In this document: positions 8,627 through 17,680 of the stretch, piece by piece
Numbering within the stretch: position 1 is the stretch's first letter
Layout of the letters: the number at the start of each line of letters is the position of its first letter
Assembly: GCA_963782055.1 (NCBI GenBank)
Contig: CAWAIF010000003.1
Coordinates: forward strand, 5,664,001 to 5,728,000
Source of the DNA: an uncultured delta proteobacterium
Lineage (GTDB): Bacteria; Myxococcota_A; Polyangia; Polyangiales; Polyangiaceae
Direction: 5' to 3'
Length of the DNA stretch: 64,000 nucleotides
Position numbers and translations under genes: made by a program
Notes under the pieces: model-generated
What the model saw: only the letters and a program-made list of their open reading frames with translations
Told to the model about the DNA's origin: nothing
The model's database searches: none

Positions 8627-10438
8627 ATGAGGGTTCGCTGGCTCGCGATCGGCTCGGTCCTTTGCCTGGGCGCCGTGACGGCGTGCGGGGGCGGCAACGG
8701 CAGCACGTTCGGCGACGGAAGCAACGCGTCGGTCGGTCCCGACGGCGGCGGCGTACCGGGCGACGACAGCGGCGACCCGTTCGGCAACGTCGACGGCGGC
8801 GGCGACGGCGGCGGCAAGAAGCTCGGCTGCAGCGGCGACCTGCGCGACGTCATCGACGAGCAGGGCGTCGTGCAGATGACCTGCCCTGTCGACGAGGGCT
8901 GCGCCGGCGGCAAGTGCGTGCCCGCGTGCGACGCCGCCGCCGCGAGCAAGGGCAGCGTCGGGTGCGACTACGTCGTGCCGACCCCCTCCTTCTACGCCAA
9001 CATCAAGCCGCCCTGCTTCGCCGTCTTCGTCGCCAACAACTGGCCGAAGGACGTGAAGCTCACCATCACCCGCGGCGGCACCAGCTACGACGCCACCCAG
9101 TTCGGCCGCATCCCGCAGTCGGGCACGCCCGCCACGAGCTGGCCCGCGGTGCCCTCCACCGGCGTGCCGCCGGGGAAGGTGGCCATCCTCTTCATGTCCG
9201 ACGACCCGAACTCGACCAACGCCGGGCCGCTCACCTGCCCCATCGCGCCGGCGATCCGCCAGACCTACGGCACCGCGATCACCGGCTCCGGCAGCGGGCC
9301 CAGCATCACCGGCCGCGGCGAGGCGTGGCACATCGTCGCCAACGTGCCCATCACCTCGTACGACATCCTGCCCTACGGCGGCGCGAGCTCGTACCTGCCG
9401 AGCGCCGAGCTGCTCTTCCCGACGACGGCGTGGGGCACCAACTACTTCGGCATCGTCCCGCTGCGCGGCTCGTCACAGCCGCAGTGGGGTCAGATCGTGG
9501 CCTACCAGGACAACACCAAGGTCACCGTCTTCCCCAACGTCAGCCTGCCCTCCGGCACCAACGTCGTCGCCGCCCCCGCCAACCAGCAGACCAGCTACAC
9601 GCTGAAGGCCGGCGAGTACATCCAGTGGCAGGAGTCGAACGAGATGAGCGGCACCGTCATCCAGTCGACCAACCCCATCGGCTTCTTCGGCGGCCTCGGC
9701 TACGACTGCTACAAGTCGAAGACCTCGACCGGCGGCGGCTGCGACTCCGCACACCAGGAGGTGCCGCCCGTCGCAGCCTTCGGCTCGGAGTACGCCATCC
9801 CGCCGTACACGACGCGCATGCCGAGCAAGCAGGATGAGTCCATCCCGTACCGCTTCGTCGGCGCGGTGAAGGGCACCAAGCTCACCTACAGCCCGCAGAT
9901 CGCCGGCGCCCCGGCGACGCTGGACGTCGGGCAGGTCGCCGACTTCGAGGCGACCGGCCCGTTCGTCGTCAAGGCGCAGGACAACGACCACCCCTTCTAC
10001 GTCGGCCAGATCATGACCGGCTGCAACGTGACCGGCGGCGGCAGCCTCGGCGACGAGGAGTACGTGGACATCCTGCCGCCCGCGCAGTTCCTCACCAAGT
10101 ACGTCTTCTTCACCGACCCGACGTACCACACCACCAACCTGGTCTTCACCCGCGTGAAGAACGGGAGCGGCTTCCACGACGTCAAGCTGGACTGCGCGGG
10201 CACGCTCACCGGCTGGAAGCCGCTCGGCGGCACGGGCAACTACGAGATCACCAACATCGATCTCATCCGCAACGGCACCAAGAACGGCACGTGCGACAAC
10301 GGGCCGCACTCCGCGACGAGCGACGGCCCCTTCGGCATCATGGTCTGGGGCCTGGACACCTACTCCTCGTACGCGTACCCGGCGGGCGGGAACATCGCGC
10401 CGATCAACACCGTCGTCGTCCCGCCGCAGCCTCATTGA
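8627..10438 (+). CDS. IgGFc-binding-protein N-terminal domain lipoprotein
   Basis: GAVTAC lipobox; SVGCDY, SAELLFPTTAWGTNY, QIVAYQDNTKVTV, SGTVIQSTNPIGFFGG, PPAQFLTKYVF, C-terminal SYAYPAG; GGGAGG RBS. Confidence 0.85.
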   Translation: MRVRWLAIGSVLCLGAVTACGGGNGSTFGDGSNASVGPDGGGVPGDDSGDPFGNVDGGGDGGGKKLGCSGDLRDVIDEQGVVQMTCPVDEGCAGGKCVPACDAAAASKGSVGCDYVVPTPSFYANIKPPCFAVFVANNWPKDVKLTITRGGTSYDATQFGRIPQSGTPATSWPAVPSTGVPPGKVAILFMSDDPNSTNAGPLTCPIAPAIRQTYGTAITGSGSGPSITGRGEAWHIVANVPITSYDILPYGGASSYLPSAELLFPTTAWGTNYFGIVPLRGSSQPQWGQIVAYQDNTKVTVFPNVSLPSGTNVVAAPANQQTSYTLKAGEYIQWQESNEMSGTVIQSTNPIGFFGGLGYDCYKSKTSTGGGCDSAHQEVPPVAAFGSEYAIPPYTTRMPSKQDESIPYRFVGAVKGTKLTYSPQIAGAPATLDVGQVADFEATGPFVVKAQDNDHPFYVGQIMTGCNVTGGGSLGDEEYVDILPPAQFLTKYVFFTDPTYHTTNLVFTRVKNGSGFHDVKLDCAGTLTGWKPLGGTGNYEITNIDLIRNGTKNGTCDNGPHSATSDGPFGIMVWGLDTYSSYAYPAGGNIAPINTVVVPPQPH

Positions 10439-10536
10439 GAGGATGTGAACTTCATTCACATCCCTCTCAAGACATGTCGCAGGGGCGGCACGCGCCGCCC
10501 CTCCCCGGCCCTCTGCTACGCGTCGGGCGTTGCGGC
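10436..10536 (+). repeat. Structured intergenic repeat family 2, copy a
   Basis: Hairpin TGAGAGGATGTGAA-CTTCA-TTCACATCCCTCTCA, then AGGGGCGGCACGCGCCGCCCCT hairpin, then GCTACGCGTCGGGCG; homologous to the reverse complement of 56218-56348. Confidence 0.88.
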
Positions 10537-10565
10537 GCGCGCCGCCCCTCACGCGCGCCGGCCGC

Positions 10566-11306
10566 CTACTTGAAGTTCTGCGTCGCCCAGCCACCCGCCC
10601 CGCCCAGCGTGCTGAACCCACACGCGGCGTAGCTGAAGTAGTCGGCGGCCATGTTCAGGTAGTGGCCGCACTCCGACCCGTAGTTGCCGTAGAAGTCGCA
10701 GGTCGAGGTGCTCTGGCAGTTGATGATGGCCTGGGTGAGCTGCGGGCCGTTGCACGCTGCACAGCCCTTGCAGTTCGCCTGGTTCTTCTCCGCCCACATC
10801 GAGTCGAGGCACTTCACGGTCGCGGCGGCGGAGGTCCCGTAGCCCTCGCACTCGTCCTGGGCGTTGCCATTGCAGGTGGGGTACTTCTTGCTCTTCCAGG
10901 CGAGGTGGGGGCTTTTGTTGGTCTGGTCGTAGGTGGCCTGCTGGTCCATGCAGGTGTCGATGGCGGGGCTCTCCCAGAGCTTGTAGGCCGCGTGGCTCTC
11001 GGTGGCGCGCAGCTTGTTGATCTCGTTGATGCACGCCGTCCGCGCCGCGGCGAACCCGTCGCCGGAGTCGGCGACGATGGTGCCGGAGTCCTTCGCGCCG
11101 GCGTCGACCTGCGTGCCCGAGTCCTTCGACGTGCCGGCGTCGTTCGTGGCGCCGTCGTCGGTGGTGCCCGCGTCGTCGGTGCTGGCGCCATCATCCTGAC
11201 TGGAGGCGTCGCCGTCCCCGAACCCGGTGCCGCTGCCGCTGCACGCGGCAGCGTTGAGGAGGAGCGCGAGGACGAGTCCCCCGCGAGCGAGAGCGAAGTG
11301 CTTCAC
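10566..11306 (-). CDS. CAP (SCP/PR-1) domain lipoprotein
   Basis: LNAAAC lipobox, DAG/DSG linker, CINEINKLRATE, MWAE, GHYLNM..YFSYAACG, WATQNF. Confidence 0.8.
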   Translation of the reverse strand: MKHFALARGGLVLALLLNAAACSGSGTGFGDGDASSQDDGASTDDAGTTDDGATNDAGTSKDSGTQVDAGAKDSGTIVADSGDGFAAARTACINEINKLRATESHAAYKLWESPAIDTCMDQQATYDQTNKSPHLAWKSKKYPTCNGNAQDECEGYGTSAAATVKCLDSMWAEKNQANCKGCAACNGPQLTQAIINCQSTSTCDFYGNYGSECGHYLNMAADYFSYAACGFSTLGGAGGWATQNFK

Positions 11307-11473
11307 GAGCGACTCCTTTCGAGTCCGGCGAGCCCAGCCGGAACTCCACCAAATTAGCTCGACAGGCGACGCCGGGCACGTTCAATCGCCACGCGATCAC
11401 GTGCCCGGACGCGCGCGGCGCTCGCCTTCTGCCCGGACTTCACTTCTGCAGTGCAGCGCGATGTCGCGCGGCG

Positions 11474-13054
11474 TCACGGCTTGGGCGCGGCGGCGGCGTC
11501 CCCTCGGTCGACGTAATCCGACGGCGACGTCGCGTCCTCTCCTCGCGCCACACCCATCGCGTCGAGCAGCGCCGTCGCGAGCACGGCGACGACGAGGTTG
11601 ACCACCAGCGCCCAGAGCGCCGCGTACCCGGGGACGGTCAGCCCGCCGAGCTTGACGGCGAAGATGGTGGAGGTGAAGCCGCGTGTCGCGCACATCCAGG
11701 TGCCCACGGCCATCCCCACCGCCCAGCCGGCGAGCAGGCCGAAGCGGTGCAGGCGCGCGGTGTACAGGCCGAGCACCAGCGCGGGCAGCGTCTGCAGCAC
11801 CCACACCCCGCCGAGGAGCTGGAGCTGGATGGCGTACTTCTGCGGCAGCAAGATCACGAAGGCCAGCGCGCCGAACTTGACCACCAGCGAGCTCAGCTTG
11901 GCGGCGCGCGCTTCCTCGGCGCCGGTGCAGCGCGGGCGCAGGTACTCCTTGTAGACGTTGCGCGTGAAGAGGTTCGCCGCGGCGATGGACATGATCGCCG
12001 CCGGCACCAGCGCGCCGATGGCGATGGCGGCGAAGGCGAAGCCGGCGAACCACGCCGGGAAGCTGTGAAGGAACAGCGCCGGGACGGCGAAGTTGGGCCC
12101 GTACTTCTCGAAGAGCGGCGCGTACTCCGGCATCGACCCGACCTTCGCCGCGACAGCCATGTAGCCGAGCAGGGCGATGAGGCCGAGGAGGAAGGAGTAC
12201 GCCGGCAGGATGGCGGAGTTGCGACGGATGACGTCGCGCCCGTTGGAGGAGAGCACGCCCGTCACCGAGTGCGGGTAGAGGAAGAGCGCCAGCGCCGAGC
12301 CGAGGGCGAGGGTGGCGTACGCCCCGCTCATCCCCAGGTTGCCGCCGTGCGGCGCGGCGAACACCAGCTTGTCGACCGCCACCGCGTGGAAGATCTTGCC
12401 GTAGCCCCCCAGCCGCGCCGGGATGACGATCACCGCGGCGAGCACGGCGATGTAGATGATGGTGTCCTTGACGACGGCGATCATCGCCGGCGCACGCAGG
12501 CCGCTGGAGTACGTGTACGCCGCGAGGATGACGAAGGCGACGATGAGCGGCAGGTCCGCGGCCAGCCCGCCGGAGCCCCCCAGACCCATCGCGCCGAGCA
12601 CCACCTGGATGCCGACGAGCTGCAGGGCGATGTACGGCATCGTGGCGAGGATGCCCGTGGCCGCGACGGCCAGCGCCAGGGTGCCGCTGCCGAAGCGCGC
12701 GCGCACGAAGTCCGCCGCGGTGATGAAGCCGTGCTTGCGCGACACCGACCACATGCGCGGCATCACCACGAACACGAAGGGATAGGTGATCACGGTGTAC
12801 GGGAGCGCGAAGAAGCCGATGGCGCCGGCGCCGTACACGAGCGCAGGCACCGCGACGAAGGTGTACGCGGTGTAGAGATCACCCCCGAGCAAGAACCATG
12901 TGACGACGGTGCCGAAGCGCCGGCCGCCGAGTCCCCACTCGTGGAGCTGGTCCATGTCGCCGCGACGCCACCGCGCGGCGACGAAGCCGAGGACGGTGAC
13001 CAGCGCGAAGAGCAGGGTGAAGACGACGAGCGCCGGGACGTTGGGCCCGCTCAT
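11474..13054 (-). CDS. Sodium:solute symporter family permease (MctP-like)
   Basis: EWGLGGRRFG, WFLLGGDLYTAYTF, TMPYIALQLVG, SGLRAPA, AIGALVPAAIMSIAAANLFTRN; about 13 TM segments. Confidence 0.9.
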   Translation of the reverse strand: MSGPNVPALVVFTLLFALVTVLGFVAARWRRGDMDQLHEWGLGGRRFGTVVTWFLLGGDLYTAYTFVAVPALVYGAGAIGFFALPYTVITYPFVFVVMPRMWSVSRKHGFITAADFVRARFGSGTLALAVAATGILATMPYIALQLVGIQVVLGAMGLGGSGGLAADLPLIVAFVILAAYTYSSGLRAPAMIAVVKDTIIYIAVLAAVIVIPARLGGYGKIFHAVAVDKLVFAAPHGGNLGMSGAYATLALGSALALFLYPHSVTGVLSSNGRDVIRRNSAILPAYSFLLGLIALLGYMAVAAKVGSMPEYAPLFEKYGPNFAVPALFLHSFPAWFAGFAFAAIAIGALVPAAIMSIAAANLFTRNVYKEYLRPRCTGAEEARAAKLSSLVVKFGALAFVILLPQKYAIQLQLLGGVWVLQTLPALVLGLYTARLHRFGLLAGWAVGMAVGTWMCATRGFTSTIFAVKLGGLTVPGYAALWALVVNLVVAVLATALLDAMGVARGEDATSPSDYVDRGDAAAAPKP

Positions 13055-13278
13055 CGCGGCTTGCTCCGCGTGGCGTAGTAGACCCCCGCGGTGATGAGCG
13101 CGCCCACGGGGATCCAGAGAAACTGGTACCAGTAGAAGAAGGGCACGCCGAACAGCTCCGGGTCCAGCCGGAGGTAGAGCGGCACCGCCAGCGTGCCGAC
13201 GAAGGGCACGAGCAGCAGCAGGTACCAGCCCCAGGGCTCGCGGGGCACGCGCTCGGGGTCGGCGGGGCGCTGCGCCAT
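13051..13278 (-). CDS. DUF3311 small membrane protein (SSS transporter partner)
   Basis: LLLVP...VP.Y...PELFGVPFFYWYQFLW signature; overlaps the SSS start. Confidence 0.85.
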   Translation of the reverse strand: MAQRPADPERVPREPWGWYLLLLVPFVGTLAVPLYLRLDPELFGVPFFYWYQFLWIPVGALITAGVYYATRSKPR

Positions 13279-13330
13279 CGCGCCGAGAGTGCCAAAGGGT
13301 GCCCGCCCTGGCAACCGGCCGCCGGCCCGC

Positions 13331-13966
13331 TCAGTCTCGCAAGAGGCCCCGTCGCGTCGCCTCCCGGACGGCCTCCGTCTTGGAGCAGACGTGGAGCTTG
13401 TCGTAGATGCTGCGGATGAAGCTGCGGACGGTGTTGGTGGAGATGCCGAGCATCTCGCCGATCTCGGCGTAGGTGGAGCCGTGGGCGAGCAGCTCGGTCA
13501 CCTCCAGCTCGCGGTCGGTCAGCGCGACCTCCGGCGGCGTCGCGGTGGGGCGGGCGAAGGTGCGGAGCACGCGCCGCGCGATGCTCGGCGACATCGGAGA
13601 GCCACCGGCGAGGACCTCGTCGATCGCGCCGAGGACGCGCCCGATCAGGTCGTCCTTGAGGAGGTAGCCGAGCGCGCCGGCGCGCAGGGCGTCGAAGACG
13701 TGGGCGTCGTCGTCGAAGACTGTGAGGACGATGGCCGCGGGCGGTGCGGCCTGCTCGCGGAGCGCCTCGAGCACCTGGGTGCCGTCGCCGTCGGGCAGCC
13801 CCAGATCGAGCAGCAGCACCTCGGGGCAGAGCGCCCGGGCCATGGCGATCCCCTGCGCGGCCGAGCCGGCCTCGCCGGCGAGCGTGAAGCGACCGGACGC
13901 CGAGACGAGCGCCGCGGCGGCCGCGCGGACCCGAGGGTCGTCGTCGATGATCAGCACCGCGGGCAT
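13331..13966 (-). CDS. NarL/LuxR family response regulator
   Basis: VLIIDDD, LLDLGLPDGDG, GALGYLLK, LTDRELEV...GISTNTVRSFIRSIYDKL. Confidence 0.93.
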   Translation of the reverse strand: MPAVLIIDDDPRVRAAAAALVSASGRFTLAGEAGSAAQGIAMARALCPEVLLLDLGLPDGDGTQVLEALREQAAPPAAIVLTVFDDDAHVFDALRAGALGYLLKDDLIGRVLGAIDEVLAGGSPMSPSIARRVLRTFARPTATPPEVALTDRELEVTELLAHGSTYAEIGEMLGISTNTVRSFIRSIYDKLHVCSKTEAVREATRRGLLRD

Positions 13967-14002
13967 CCCCCCATGATGCCCCAGGTCCCGTGCCGAACGC
14001 AC

Positions 14003-14016
14003 CGCATGATCATGCG
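14003..14016. promoter_or_regulatory. Perfect 14-bp palindrome CGCATGATCATGCG, candidate operator
   Basis: Lies between the divergent response regulator and lipoprotein operon; flanked by CGCAC...GTGCG. Confidence 0.45.
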
Positions 14017-14097
14017 ATGTGCGCCCACGGCGTCTTTTGGCACCGTGCGAACGTGCCGGGCCGGCGCCCGCACCATGACACGAAGGAAGGTTGCCCG

Positions 14098-14556
14098 ATG
14101 ACGCTTCTTCGCAACACGATGGCCACGGCACGACACACCCGGGTCGTGGCGACATGTGCCCTGCTCGCGGCCGGGACCGGCTGCGCCTACAGGCAAGTGG
14201 ACGCGACCTGCGCCAACGTCCCCAACCCGGTACTCCTCGGCCCGGTGGACCGGGTGCGGGGTCACCACGCACCGGAGAACGCCCCCAAGGTCGCCGAGGT
14301 GGACGAGGAGGTCGCCGAGGCGCTGACGACCTCCTCCCATCAGGAGGGCGACTACGACGTCACCACCACCTCCCACACCCGCGAGGGCGCCAACAAGATC
14401 TCCTTCGCCGTGGTCGACGCCACGCAGGGGCAGAAGACGGAGGACGTGCGAGTGACCGATCTGCACGCCGGGGCGTGGGTGTTTTTCCCCCTCGCCGCCG
14501 TGAAGAACAAGTTCTGGGTGGGCGTCGAGGGCGACGCCGTGAAGGTGGTCCAGTGA
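14098..14556 (+). CDS. Hypothetical lipoprotein
   Basis: LLAAGTGC lipobox; GAAGG RBS; overlaps the next gene (GTGA). Confidence 0.7.
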   Translation: MTLLRNTMATARHTRVVATCALLAAGTGCAYRQVDATCANVPNPVLLGPVDRVRGHHAPENAPKVAEVDEEVAEALTTSSHQEGDYDVTTTSHTREGANKISFAVVDATQGQKTEDVRVTDLHAGAWVFFPLAAVKNKFWVGVEGDAVKVVQ

Positions 14557-15194
14557 AGCTCCACGTCAAGATCGGGGCGGTCGCCGCCCTCGCCGCGCTG
14601 CCTGCCCTCGTCGGCTGCGCCGGCGCGCGGACCAGCATCGTCGCGCCCGCCTCGCAGTACCCCGTGTCCCTCTCGCGCGGCATCCGCGACACCGATGGCA
14701 CCCTGGTGCCGGCGTCGCGGCGCAAGATCGTCGGCCACTTCAAGGCCAAGCGCAAGGCGTGGGCGATGCTCTACTCCTTCCTCAGCCTGACGCCGAGCAA
14801 GGACGTCTCCGACGACATCAACCAGCAGATCAAGGCCGCGCACGGCGACGCGATCATCAACCTGGACGTGGCCTCGGCCACGTGCGGCATGAACTTCGTC
14901 CCCTTCTTCGACTGGCTGCCCATCTGGCCGGGCTGCTCCAACGTCGAGATCACCGGGGACATCATCCAGGTCCTCCCGGCGGTCGCCAGGCTCACCCCGC
15001 CCCCGGCGCCCGCGCCCGTCCCGGCGCCTCCCCCGGCCGCCACCACACCGCCGCCGCCGGCGGACACGGCGCCGCCGCCGGCGGACGGCGCCGCCCCCGC
15101 GCCGGCCGCCTCCGGTGGGACCGGCGCGCCGTCCCCCGCCGCGGTCGCCGACGACGCGGCCGCCGCCACCACCGCAGGAGCCACCACGCCATGA
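14553..15194 (+). CDS. Hypothetical lipoprotein (YbjQ/TRL-like core, Pro/Ala tail)
   Basis: ALVGC lipobox; YPVSLS...IVGHF...INQQIKAAHGDAIINLDV...VEITGDII. Confidence 0.65.
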   Translation: MKLHVKIGAVAALAALPALVGCAGARTSIVAPASQYPVSLSRGIRDTDGTLVPASRRKIVGHFKAKRKAWAMLYSFLSLTPSKDVSDDINQQIKAAHGDAIINLDVASATCGMNFVPFFDWLPIWPGCSNVEITGDIIQVLPAVARLTPPPAPAPVPAPPPAATTPPPPADTAPPPADGAAPAPAASGGTGAPSPAAVADDAAAATTAGATTP

Positions 15195-15478
15195 AGACGC
15201 CCGTACTGCTCGCCCTCGTCACCTTCGCGCTCGCCGGGTGCGGCGGCGGCGCCTTGCCCGCCCACCCCGCGATGCCCATCACCGCCGTGAGCGACCAGGC
15301 CGACGAGTGGCTCTACGACAACTGCCAGGTGAGGAAGGTCGCCAAGCTGGACAACGAGGACGTGGAGCCGACCGCTCAGGCGGCGGGCTCCAACTTCGTC
15401 GAGGTCGTCTACGCCGAACCGGGAGAGTCGGACGTGGTGATGTTCGCCTGCAAGGAGCGACTGCCCAGCAGCCTCTGA
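15191..15478 (+). CDS. Small hypothetical lipoprotein (DUF4156-like, tentative)
   Basis: FALAGC lipobox; NCQV...AGSNFV...MFAC; ATGA overlap. Confidence 0.6.
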   Translation: MKTPVLLALVTFALAGCGGGALPAHPAMPITAVSDQADEWLYDNCQVRKVAKLDNEDVEPTAQAAGSNFVEVVYAEPGESDVVMFACKERLPSSL

Positions 15479-15500
15479 CGTCGCGCGCGGGGGCCGCGCG

Positions 15501-16790
15501 TCACGCGACGGCCTTCGACGCCAGCGGGATCGTCGCGACGATGCGCGTGCCGCGCTCGCCGCGGCGATCGATGCTGATCGCCCCGCCGAGCGCGGCCACG
15601 CGCTGGCGCATGTTGCCGAGTCCCCTGCCCTCCCCCGGGGCGATGTCGGAGATGCCGACGCCGTCGTCCTCGACGGTCACCGTTACCCCGCAGGCGTCGA
15701 CGCCGACGCGGAGCCACCACCGCCGCGCCCCCGCGTGGCGCACCGAGTTGCTCAGGGCCTCCTGCACCAGCCGCACCACCGCCAGCGACACCACCGGCTG
15801 CGTCGGCGCCGACGCGTCCGCGTCGAGCACGACCTCCAGCGCCACGCCGGCCGCGCCGCACACGTCGGCGCAGTGCCGGCGGAGGCGCGACAGGATCGCC
15901 TCCCAGGACGGCTCCTCCGGGTCGAGGCTCCAGAGCGCGAGCCGGAGGTCGGTCAGCCCGTCCTGGAGGGTGTCCTCCAGCGCCGCCAGCGGGTCGGGGG
16001 CGCCGGGAGCGCGCTCGCGCCGGGCGAGCTGCGTCATCAGGCGGGCGGCCGTGAGGTTGGCGCCGATGCCGTCGTGGAGCTCCATCGCGATGCGGCGGCG
16101 CTCCTCCGCCGCGCGCGCCCTCTCCTGCGCCAGCTCCAGCTCGGCGATGCGACTCCGCATCGCCTCGCGCTCCGCCTCCCCCTCCAGCGCGCGGTCGGAG
16201 GCGGTCGCCGCGATGTTCCACGTCATCATCGCCAGGCCTCCCACGGCGAGGCAGCCCGCCGCCACCGGGAGCGCGGGGCCGTGTGCGGCGAGGAGAACCG
16301 CCACGGCGGAGAGCGGCGCGAGGCCGAGCAGGACGCCGTCCCGCAGGGTCTTGCCGGCGGAGCTGGCCTGGACGACGCAAAGCGCGAAGTAGGGGAGCCA
16401 CCAGACCGACGCCACGCGCCCGCCCAGACCCACCAGCACCGCAGCCCCGTTGGCGAAGAGCGCGGTCTCGACGGTGTCGGCGACGCGATAGGCGCGCGAG
16501 GACCAGCCGAGCGCGCGATGGACCGAGAAGGTGCCCCACATCGCCGCCAGCATCAGCAGGGCATAGACGGCCGTTTCGCGAAAGGGCGTGCCGAGCAGGG
16601 GCTCGGCGCCCGGGATGAGCGGCAAGCACCCCAGCCCGGCGAAGAGCACCGACGCCTGGGCGAGCGTCACGGGGTTGCGGAGCTCCTCGTGATGGTGCTC
16701 GTCGCGCGCGCGTCGCCGGGCCTCGAGCGAGAGTCGGTCGTCCACGATCGACCACAATCGCAAACTTTGCGTTAGCGCGTCAACAGGCAT
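15501..16790 (-). CDS. Membrane sensor histidine kinase, HisKA_3 type (start uncertain, GTG 16745 possible)
   Basis: About 6 TM segments, EERRRIAMELHDGIG H-box, QEALSNSVRHA, VEDDGVG, GRGLGNMRQR. Confidence 0.9.
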   Translation of the reverse strand: MPVDALTQSLRLWSIVDDRLSLEARRRARDEHHHEELRNPVTLAQASVLFAGLGCLPLIPGAEPLLGTPFRETAVYALLMLAAMWGTFSVHRALGWSSRAYRVADTVETALFANGAAVLVGLGGRVASVWWLPYFALCVVQASSAGKTLRDGVLLGLAPLSAVAVLLAAHGPALPVAAGCLAVGGLAMMTWNIAATASDRALEGEAEREAMRSRIAELELAQERARAAEERRRIAMELHDGIGANLTAARLMTQLARRERAPGAPDPLAALEDTLQDGLTDLRLALWSLDPEEPSWEAILSRLRRHCADVCGAAGVALEVVLDADASAPTQPVVSLAVVRLVQEALSNSVRHAGARRWWLRVGVDACGVTVTVEDDGVGISDIAPGEGRGLGNMRQRVAALGGAISIDRRGERGTRIVATIPLASKAVA

Positions 16791-16816
16791 GTATGGGGCG
16801 GACCGCCCCGCCCGCT

Positions 16817-17680
16817 TCAGAGCGCCCAGCGCGCGCGCAGGTACTCCTCGATCCCCGTGCGCTGCGTGTCGTCCAGGTACGCGGCGTAGACGACGATCTC
16901 CGCGACATCGGCGTTCGCGTAGGGCAGGGCGGTGTCGGGCGCCGCCGGCGGCGGCATGATGCCGCCCAGAAAGAGCGTCAGACCGTCCGGCGCGGCCGGC
17001 AGCTTCGTCGCGAGCTGCTCGGCGAGCTTGCCGTCCACGAAGGTCTGCGCCTCCCCGTTGCCGTAGCGCGTCTCCAGCAGCTCGAAGCGCGCGGGGTCGA
17101 CGGGCATGTGCGGGTTGACCTCCTGATCGATGAAGAGGCCAAAGCCGGTGCCCGCGTCGCTCGTCACGTTGACGTCGTACGGAAAGATGACGGAGGGCGT
17201 CGTGCCGTAGCTCGCCTCGAAGCGGAGGATGCTCTGCGGGTAGCCCTTCGCCACCACGAAGGCGGTCAGGCTCGCCGCGCCCGGCCCCGCCCAGTTGACC
17301 TGGAGCACCTGGGCCTGGGACGAGTCGAAGCGCACGACCGGCTTCCCCGCCTGGACGCCGGGCACCAGCGTGGGCTGCTGGGGGCCGGAAGGCGCGGTGC
17401 CCACGTGCTTGTCCAGCGTCTGGTCCACCCACTGGGTGACCGGCCCTTGGCCCGTCTGCGTCGTGTAGACGCCGCGATCGGCGGTGAACCACGCGGCGAG
17501 GCCGGGGACGGCGGTGGGTGTCGTCGGCCCGCCGTCCTCGAAGGACGCCTCCACGGGGCCGGCGTCGGGCGCGGCGCCGTCGGCGAGAGTGGCGTCGTCG
17601 AAGGAGGCGCCGATGAGGGAGGCGCAGCCGCACGCCGCCGCGCATGCGAAGAGGACGAGGGCCCGACCCGCCCGCACCAT
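16817..17680 (-). CDS. Lipoprotein with LamG/concanavalin-like domain
   Basis: ACGC lipobox; GLAAWFTADRG, V..W.DQ, PTL...GKPVVRFD, DVAEIVVY..YL...IEEYL..RW. Confidence 0.75.
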   Translation of the reverse strand: MVRAGRALVLFACAAACGCASLIGASFDDATLADGAAPDAGPVEASFEDGGPTTPTAVPGLAAWFTADRGVYTTQTGQGPVTQWVDQTLDKHVGTAPSGPQQPTLVPGVQAGKPVVRFDSSQAQVLQVNWAGPGAASLTAFVVAKGYPQSILRFEASYGTTPSVIFPYDVNVTSDAGTGFGLFIDQEVNPHMPVDPARFELLETRYGNGEAQTFVDGKLAEQLATKLPAAPDGLTLFLGGIMPPPAAPDTALPYANADVAEIVVYAAYLDDTQRTGIEEYLRARWAL

